A stretch of DNA of 64,000 bases from a virus: IMG/VR virus record IMGVR_UViG_3300043449_001609, positions 4,864 to 68,863 of that record; one strand, given 5' to 3'. Of the stretch, positions 58,220 to 64,000 are shown one piece after another. Positions within the stretch are counted from its first letter, which is position 1; each line of letters opens with the position of its first letter. The position numbers were made by a program, and so were the translations under genes. The notes below the pieces were generated by a model. It was not told where the DNA came from, made no database searches, and saw only the letters and a program-made list of their open reading frames with translations.

Positions 58220-58667
58220 GCAACAACGAACCCCCCGCGAACTGGAAACGCGCGAAAAGGAACCGCTTCGGACGGTGTACACCCCTCCGAGCACGCTGCC
58301 CGAGCCGAACCCTCGGCCCGGACTGGCACATCGCTGGATCGCCACCCATATCATGGGCCAAGCCGATCCGACGAACGTGTCGAAGCGCTTGCGAGAAGGT
58401 TGGGTGCCGGTGAAGGCGGCCGACTACCCGGAGTTGATGCTGGCAGCATCGAAGTCGGGAAACGTAGAGATTGGTGGGTTGATGTTGTGTGTTGCGTCCG
58501 CAGAGTTCGCCAAGTCGCGTGAAGCGTATTACAACGCTCAGGCGCGCGGGCAGATGGAGTCGGTGGACAACAACTTCATGCGCAATAGCGACCCCCGGAT
58601 GCCACTGTTCGCGGAGAAGAAAAGCTCCACGAGCCGCGGCAAAGATAGTTTTGGTTCAGGAACCTAA
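58212..58667 (+). CDS. Head-region hypothetical protein
   Basis: HRWI...REGWVPV...GGLML. Confidence 0.65.
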   Translation: MAEQQRTPRELETREKEPLRTVYTPPSTLPEPNPRPGLAHRWIATHIMGQADPTNVSKRLREGWVPVKAADYPELMLAASKSGNVEIGGLMLCVASAEFAKSREAYYNAQARGQMESVDNNFMRNSDPRMPLFAEKKSSTSRGKDSFGSGT

Positions 58668-58680
58668 AGGAGTGCTTTAA

Positions 58681-59322
58681 ATGGCAAGCTCAGCAACCCC
58701 CTTCGGGCTGCGTCCGTTCAATCTGATTGGCGGCCAGTCTTTCAACGGTGGCACGATCCGTGAGTATAAACTGCCCAGCAACGTGGCAGCGGCCTACTAC
58801 ACCGGCTCGGTCATCTACATGAACACCAACGGCGTACCGACCGCGATCACCGCGACTCCGGTGGCTCCGAAGTACACCTCGACGTCGTCTGACGGCACCG
58901 CGGGTATCTTGGGCGTCATGGTTGGTGTCCGATACACCGACCCGACCCTGAAGTACACCGTGTTTGGTCAGTACCTGCCGTCCGGTGCAATCACTGCGGG
59001 CTACACCGATGTGTACATCCGCGTGTGCGACGACCCGGATCAGCTATACATGATCCAAGCCACCACGGCTGTCGGCTCCAAGACCAACGGCGCGCGCGGC
59101 GCAATTGGCCAGAACGCTGCTCTGTCCGGGTTCTCCGGCAGTGCCACGACTGGTCTGGCGACGACCGCTCTGGATACGGGCGCCAACTGGGGCAGCTGTG
59201 CTTCCACGACCACGCTGGCAATGCGTATCGTGGACATCTACACCCCGGACGATACGATCCCTGAAGTGATCGTGAAGTTCAACCATGGGGTCCATTCGTA
59301 CCTCAACCCGCTCGGCGTGTAA
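58681..59322 (+). CDS. Probable minor capsid/cement protein
   Basis: PFGLRP start, beta-rich, immediately upstream of capsid gene. Confidence 0.55.
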   Translation: MASSATPFGLRPFNLIGGQSFNGGTIREYKLPSNVAAAYYTGSVIYMNTNGVPTAITATPVAPKYTSTSSDGTAGILGVMVGVRYTDPTLKYTVFGQYLPSGAITAGYTDVYIRVCDDPDQLYMIQATTAVGSKTNGARGAIGQNAALSGFSGSATTGLATTALDTGANWGSCASTTTLAMRIVDIYTPDDTIPEVIVKFNHGVHSYLNPLGV

Positions 59323-59335
59323 GGAGTAACTTGAC

Positions 59336-60265
59336 ATGGCAATTTCACGTTCCCAGCTTCTCAAGGAGCTTCTGCCCGGCCTCAACGCCCTGTATGGCAT
59401 GGAATATGCCCGCTACGGCGAGGAGCACAAAGAGCTGTACGAAACCGAAACGTCCGAGCGTTCGTTTGAAGAAGAAACGAAACTGTCGGGTTTTGGTGCC
59501 GCTCCGGTGAAATCGGAAGGCGCGTCCATCTCGTACGACACCGCGCAGGAAGCGTACACCGCTCGATACACCCACGAGACGATTGCTCTGGGCTTCAGCA
59601 TCACGGAGGAAGCAGTGGAGGACAACCTCTATGACTCCCTCTCGGCTCGCTACACGAAGGCACTGGCTCGCGCCATGGCCTACACAAAGCAAGTCAAGGC
59701 TGCCTCGGTCCTGAACAACGGCTTCAACGGCTCGTATCTGGGTGGCGACGGCACCACGCTGCTCGGCAACAACTCCAGCTCGACCCGTGTGGGTCACCCG
59801 CTCGTCAGTGGCGGCGTGAACTACAACAGCCCCGCAACCAGCACCGACTTGAACGAGACGGCTCTGGAAAACGCAGTCATTCAGATTGCGGCGTGGACGG
59901 ACGAGCGCGGTCTGTTGATCGCAGCCAAGCCGAAAAAACTCATCATCCCGCCGGCGTACATGTTTGTTGCCAAGCGACTGCTCGACACGGAACTCCGCGT
60001 CAGCACGACCGACAACGACATCAATGCCATCAAGCAGATGGGAGCGATTCCGGAAGGCTACACCGTCAACCACTTCCTGACCGACACCAACGCGTGGTTC
60101 CTGACCACTGACGTTCCGAACGGCCTGAAGCACTTCGTGCGCGCAGCCATGACGACGTCGATGGATGGAGACTTCGACAGCGGCAATGTTAGGTATAAGG
60201 CGAGAGAGCGGTACAGCTTCGGATGGAGCGATCCTTTGGGAATCTGGGGAAGCCCCGGAGCCTGA
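59336..60265 (+). CDS. Major capsid protein
   Basis: MAISRSQLLKELLPGLNAL...SERSFEE...KLIIPP...YKARERYSFGWSD; strong RBS; terminator follows. Confidence 0.88.
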   Translation: MAISRSQLLKELLPGLNALYGMEYARYGEEHKELYETETSERSFEEETKLSGFGAAPVKSEGASISYDTAQEAYTARYTHETIALGFSITEEAVEDNLYDSLSARYTKALARAMAYTKQVKAASVLNNGFNGSYLGGDGTTLLGNNSSSTRVGHPLVSGGVNYNSPATSTDLNETALENAVIQIAAWTDERGLLIAAKPKKLIIPPAYMFVAKRLLDTELRVSTTDNDINAIKQMGAIPEGYTVNHFLTDTNAWFLTTDVPNGLKHFVRAAMTTSMDGDFDSGNVRYKARERYSFGWSDPLGIWGSPGA

Positions 60266-60282
60266 TAAATCAACAACTTACG

Positions 60283-60304
60283 AGGGGCCGCAAGGCCCCT
60301 TTTT
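60283..60304 (+). terminator. Intrinsic terminator after capsid gene
   Basis: AGGGGCC-GCAA-GGCCCCT-TTTT. Confidence 0.85.
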
Positions 60305-60321
60305 GTTTCTGCAGCTTTTTC

Positions 60322-60350
60322 TTTACACCATGGTGTGTTTTATGTATTAT
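60322..60350 (+). promoter_or_regulatory. Sigma70-type promoter of the endonuclease gene
   Basis: TTTACA-N17-TATTAT. Confidence 0.6.
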
Positions 60351-60379
60351 CTCTCAGTAGCTCAATACCGGAGGTAAAC

Positions 60380-61273
60380 ATGAAGCGCCAAGTCATATAC
60401 AAAATCGTGAACACAACCAACGCCAAGTTCTACGTTGGAAGCACCACAAACCTCAAAGAGCGCACCCGAGCCCATAGAAAAATGCTCCGCGCCGGCACCC
60501 ACCACTGCAAGCATCTGCAGGCGGCGTGGAAGCGATACGGCGAGGGCGTTTTCGTGTTTCTGGTTGTTCAGGATGTATCGCAGGGGGAGTCTTTGCGCGC
60601 GGCGGAAGATGCGTGGCTGCAGCAGTGGGTGGGGCAGGACCAGTGCTACAACACCGGATATTTTTCTGCGGCGCCGTGGCGCGGAGTGCCGCCAGAAGCG
60701 CACCCAAACTACGGGCGCCCCGTTCCCGAAGCCACTGCGGAGAAAATTTCCACCTCCCTGAAGGAGTTCTTTGCCGCCAATCCAGACAGCCACCCAAGGA
60801 AAGGAAAGCGGCACGACGTGGAAACAAGGCAGAAGATCAGTACCAGTCGGAAAGGGAAAGCGGCAGGACAGTCCCACTATCGGTATGGCAAGGAAGTGGC
60901 CGTAGATGTGCGGGAGAAGATAGGCGCTGCACAGCGGGGCAAACCAAAACAAGCGGGCAGGCAATTGTCAGCGGCGGGCAAAGCAAAGATAGCTGCTGCC
61001 GCTGCAGCCGGGCGGTATAGCCATTGGCTGGGGCGAACGCACACAGAGGCTGCCAAGGCCAAGATGTCGCGCGCTGTTCGCGTTACGTCACCTGCCGGAG
61101 AATCCACGACTTACCCCAGCATCACAGCGCTACGCGAAGTGCTACAGCTGAAACCGGCGACAGTGAATCGTGCATTGAAGTCCGGCGCTCCAATAACAAA
61201 AGGTAGACTTGTTGGGTATTGTTTCGCGTACGCAAACAGCTATACTCAACTGCAAGGTGCCCCCGGTGCCTAA
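60380..61273 (+). CDS. Free-standing GIY-YIG homing endonuclease with NUMOD3-like repeats
   Basis: GGAGGT RBS; VIYKI...FYVGST...R...HLQAAW...E...YN; repeated H-x-x-E-T/A-R/K-x-K-I/M-S. Confidence 0.88.
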   Translation: MKRQVIYKIVNTTNAKFYVGSTTNLKERTRAHRKMLRAGTHHCKHLQAAWKRYGEGVFVFLVVQDVSQGESLRAAEDAWLQQWVGQDQCYNTGYFSAAPWRGVPPEAHPNYGRPVPEATAEKISTSLKEFFAANPDSHPRKGKRHDVETRQKISTSRKGKAAGQSHYRYGKEVAVDVREKIGAAQRGKPKQAGRQLSAAGKAKIAAAAAAGRYSHWLGRTHTEAAKAKMSRAVRVTSPAGESTTYPSITALREVLQLKPATVNRALKSGAPITKGRLVGYCFAYANSYTQLQGAPGA

Positions 61274-61321
61274 TTGTCGCGAGAGTGACAGGCGGGGTGG
61301 ACTCCATCGGGGCGCACCTTC

Positions 61322-61350
61322 TTGCACACCCTGCACACGTGTGCTATAAA
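61322..61350 (+). promoter_or_regulatory. Sigma70-type promoter (extended -10)
   Basis: TTGCAC-N17-TATAAA with TGn. Confidence 0.65.
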
Positions 61351-61437
61351 GCCCTCAATCCGGGGTATACCTGCCCAGCGTGACTGACCCGGCAGACTAC
61401 ATGCAGACACGTGGGCGACTCGCATGTGAGGTGCATC

Positions 61438-61932
61438 ATGGGTTTTGCTACGATGTCCGGCCCGGTTCGTTCGGGCACTGTTCGCTACGGCTCCTCGTCT
61501 GTCATGAATACCGGCTTAGTGGTTCTGGCACAGTCAGCCACGGTATCTTTCTCGGCTATGACGACGGCTCCAACAGCACAAGTGCTGTTCACACTGCCGG
61601 CCGGCGCCAAGATTGTTCGCTTCCAGTTCGAAGTCGTGACTGCCATCACAGGCGGCTCCGTATCGAACGTCGGCGTCACCATCGGTGATTCCGGCACGGC
61701 CAACAAGTACGTCACCACGTTCAACACCGGCACGTCAAGTGCTATGGTTGCGCAGGCAACGGTCGATACCGCCACGGTAGTTGCGCAGACCAATAACCTC
61801 GGCACTTCGGACGTGACGATCTACGGCACGTTCACCGCCGCAACGGGTAACCCGACTGCAGGCTCGACGGTGGTCACTGTGCACTACATCCAGCGGGCAG
61901 CGGATGGCACGGCGAACCCGGCCTCGGCGTAA
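61438..61932 (+). CDS. Probable structural (decoration-like) protein
   Basis: GAGGTG RBS; ATMSGPVRSG, TLPAGAKI; Thr/Val-rich. Confidence 0.65.
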   Translation: MGFATMSGPVRSGTVRYGSSSVMNTGLVVLAQSATVSFSAMTTAPTAQVLFTLPAGAKIVRFQFEVVTAITGGSVSNVGVTIGDSGTANKYVTTFNTGTSSAMVAQATVDTATVVAQTNNLGTSDVTIYGTFTAATGNPTAGSTVVTVHYIQRAADGTANPASA

Positions 61933-61944
61933 TGGAGCGGGCGC

Positions 61945-62226
61945 ATGACTGTGCAAACTGACGTCTCCAATGTACAGGTTGCTGCCTCCGGGTCGGCGTT
62001 TGCGTCGCGCGCACGGGTCAAGGGCATCGTCATCACCACCACAGTCGCAACAGCAGGCAGTGTGCTGCTGAAGGATGGTGGGTCTGGCGGGACGACGCTC
62101 ATCAACATCGACACGCCGGCGGTCGTAGGCACGTACAGCGTGACAGTGCCCGGCGAAGGGGTGTTGTTTGAAACTGACGTGTACGCGACACTGACCAACT
62201 GCAAAGTGTCGATCTTCTACGCGTAA
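61945..62226 (+). CDS. Probable small structural protein
   Basis: GGAG RBS; MTVQTDV...RVKG...LKDGG...PGEGVLF. Confidence 0.65.
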   Translation: MTVQTDVSNVQVAASGSAFASRARVKGIVITTTVATAGSVLLKDGGSGGTTLINIDTPAVVGTYSVTVPGEGVLFETDVYATLTNCKVSIFYA

Positions 62227-62247
62227 CAGGACTGTTCGCGCGACACT

Positions 62248-62281
62248 GGGGGCTTCTGGGACCGTAACAGAAGCCTTTTTT
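62248..62281 (+). terminator. Intrinsic terminator
   Basis: GGCTTCTG-N9-CAGAAGCC-TTTTTT. Confidence 0.75.
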
Positions 62282-62307
62282 GTTTCTGAATAGGGGTTAC
62301 GTTCACT

Positions 62308-64000
62308 GTGGCAATCGTACACGGGTATACCAACACCGTAGCTGACGGGACCGCAACCAGCGTCGTTCGACCGAGCGACTGGAACAGCGCGCACAAGCAG
62401 TACTACACGCTCTCCGGCAACACGCTTGGCTCCGCTGCGGTAAGCGGCACCAACGTCATCCTGCAAGGCTCTGGCAACGTCTCACTGTCCGGTACGGGTA
62501 GCACCATCGTGTTCTATGCCACCGGCGGTGGGGGCGGAGGCGGCGGTGCGGCTATATCTGCCGGCACGCAGTCCAACTCCTCTGGCACCGTGGTGTTCTC
62601 CAACAGCAACGGCGTCACGTTCGGGATGTCCAACTCGTCCGTCATCACGGCGAGCGTGTCTCAGTCCGTACAGACGCAGGCATCAGGCGCGCTGGTGCGC
62701 TCCGGGTTCACCAGCACGACGACGGCAGGCACCGCGATTGTCGGGACCAACAACAGCCTCGGACTCAGTGTGGGCGTGCCCAACTTCCTTACCACGCAGT
62801 CTGTACAGACGCAGGCGTCTGGGGGTATCGCCGGGTCGGGGTTCACCAGCACGACTACGGCTGGCGTGGCAATCGTGGGCACCAACAACAGCGCGGGGCT
62901 GAGCCTCGGGGTGCCGGCCATGCTGACCACGGCTCGGGCGTCCAACGACGCTGTGGGGCTCAACACAGCAGGCACCAACGTCACGTGGACGGTCAATTCC
63001 AGCGGCATCAGTTTCAACGGTTCGGGGTACGCCGGCACAGGCACGAGCGCAACGAATGCGTCGGTGACCTTGAACTCTGCTGGGCTTGCGATCAGCGTTG
63101 CGGCGCCGGGCGCGGCCAACTACTCCATCGGCGTGTCCAACCTCGGCAACACGGCGGGCAGCACGGGCATTACCGGCACCCGCATCGTGTTCGTGGGCAC
63201 CAACAACATCTCGCTCAGCCAGTCCACGGACGCCAACGGGGCGACCATTTCGTTCGATCAGACAGGTGGGGGCGGCGCTGCCATCACCGTGTCGGATGCA
63301 GCCACCAGCGGCACTGTGGGGCGTCTGGCGTTCACCAACTTGAACGGGGTGACGTTGAGCCTGTCCACGGGCGCCGCGGGCTCCCACACGATTGTGGGTA
63401 GCCACAACGCGCTCACGAGCCAGAGCAACCAAGCGTTCTCCGCAGACGCCTCCAGCACGTTCCAGACGCTCAGCTTCCAGAACTCCAACGGCGTGAGCTT
63501 CAGCAACAACGCCGGCGCCTTGCGGGTCACCCACGATCTGCAGTATACGAGCGCCACAAGCGCCATCACGTCGAACGCTCTGAACACATCCGTTTCGCGC
63601 GTCATCAACATCGTCGCTGCGACAAACAACACCGCAGGTGGCACGGCGTCGCTCAGTTCGAACGTGAGCTTCAGCGCGGCCAATGGCTTGACGTTCTACA
63701 CGAGCGCCGGCGGAGCGATTGTGGCTTCTCACAACGCACTGACCAGCCAGAGCAATCAGGCGTTCAGTGCTGACGCGTCGAGCACATTCCAGACGCTAAG
63801 TTTCCAGAACTCCAACGGGGTTTCGTTCTCCAACAATGCTGGCGCGCTGCGCGTAACTCACGATCTGCAGTACACCAGCAACACGAGTGCGATCACGTCG
63901 AATGCGCTGAACACCAGCGTGTCGCGGGTCATCAACATCGTAGCGGCAACGAACAACACGGGCGGCGGCACTGCCTCACTCAGCTCCAATGTGAGCTTCA
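62308..64000 (+). CDS. Long Ser/Thr/Gly/Asn-rich repeat fibre protein (3'-truncated by window)
   Basis: Absent from ORF track because it has no stop; GTG start MAIVHGYTNTVADG; 109-aa tandem repeat (63403 vs 63730) and a shorter QSVQTQASG repeat. Confidence 0.8.
   Translation, partial: MAIVHGYTNTVADGTATSVVRPSDWNSAHKQYYTLSGNTLGSAAVSGTNVILQGSGNVSLSGTGSTIVFYATGGGGGGGGAAISAGTQSNSSGTVVFSNSNGVTFGMSNSSVITASVSQSVQTQASGALVRSGFTSTTTAGTAIVGTNNSLGLSVGVPNFLTTQSVQTQASGGIAGSGFTSTTTAGVAIVGTNNSAGLSLGVPAMLTTARASNDAVGLNTAGTNVTWTVNSSGISFNGSGYAGTGTSATNASVTLNSAGLAISVAAPGAANYSIGVSNLGNTAGSTGITGTRIVFVGTNNISLSQSTDANGATISFDQTGGGGAAITVSDAATSGTVGRLAFTNLNGVTLSLSTGAAGSHTIVGSHNALTSQSNQAFSADASSTFQTLSFQNSNGVSFSNNAGALRVTHDLQYTSATSAITSNALNTSVSRVINIVAATNNTAGGTASLSSNVSFSAANGLTFYTSAGGAIVASHNALTSQSNQAFSADASSTFQTLSFQNSNGVSFSNNAGALRVTHDLQYTSNTSAITSNALNTSVSRVINIVAATNNTGGGTASLSSNVSF

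Noticed and set aside
60268-60280. Single IHF-consensus match after the capsid stop
   Set aside because: One degenerate match without supporting context; noted only.

Overview
The window is most of the genome of a GC-rich tailed dsDNA phage with a podovirus-like gene set, probably infecting a proteobacterium (inferred from IHF-consensus sites, a NinX/DUF2591 gene and sigma70 promoters). No integrase, tRNA or CRISPR array was seen. The + strand carries the virion genes: terminase, portal, GroES-like protein, scaffold and capsid at 52.0-64.0 kb, then fibres, adaptors, lysis genes and ejection proteins including a 2398-aa polyvalent protein at 0-24.2 kb. The - strand carries early and replication genes (24.3-51.6 kb): primase-helicase, SSB-like protein, SNF2 helicase, exonuclease, family A polymerase, an AAA/VWA pair and many small early genes. 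Five observations stand out. (1) The polymerase holds a 300-aa intein with no in-frame endonuclease; a complete HNH-type endonuclease gene with its own Shine-Dalgarno is overprinted in the +1 frame of the intein. (2) A candidate ~69-nt small RNA with its own promoter and terminator has an unpaired seed complementary to the AGAGGAC(U) ribosome-binding sites shared by several early genes. (3) Ten copies of an 18-bp palindrome lie in the early region, eight of them directly upstream of a ribosome-binding site. (4) A GIY-YIG endonuclease cassette appears to have replaced the 3' end of the capsid gene. (5) A pseudoknot-rich leader RNA candidate lies downstream of that cassette. All family assignments come from motif recognition by eye; no database search was run.
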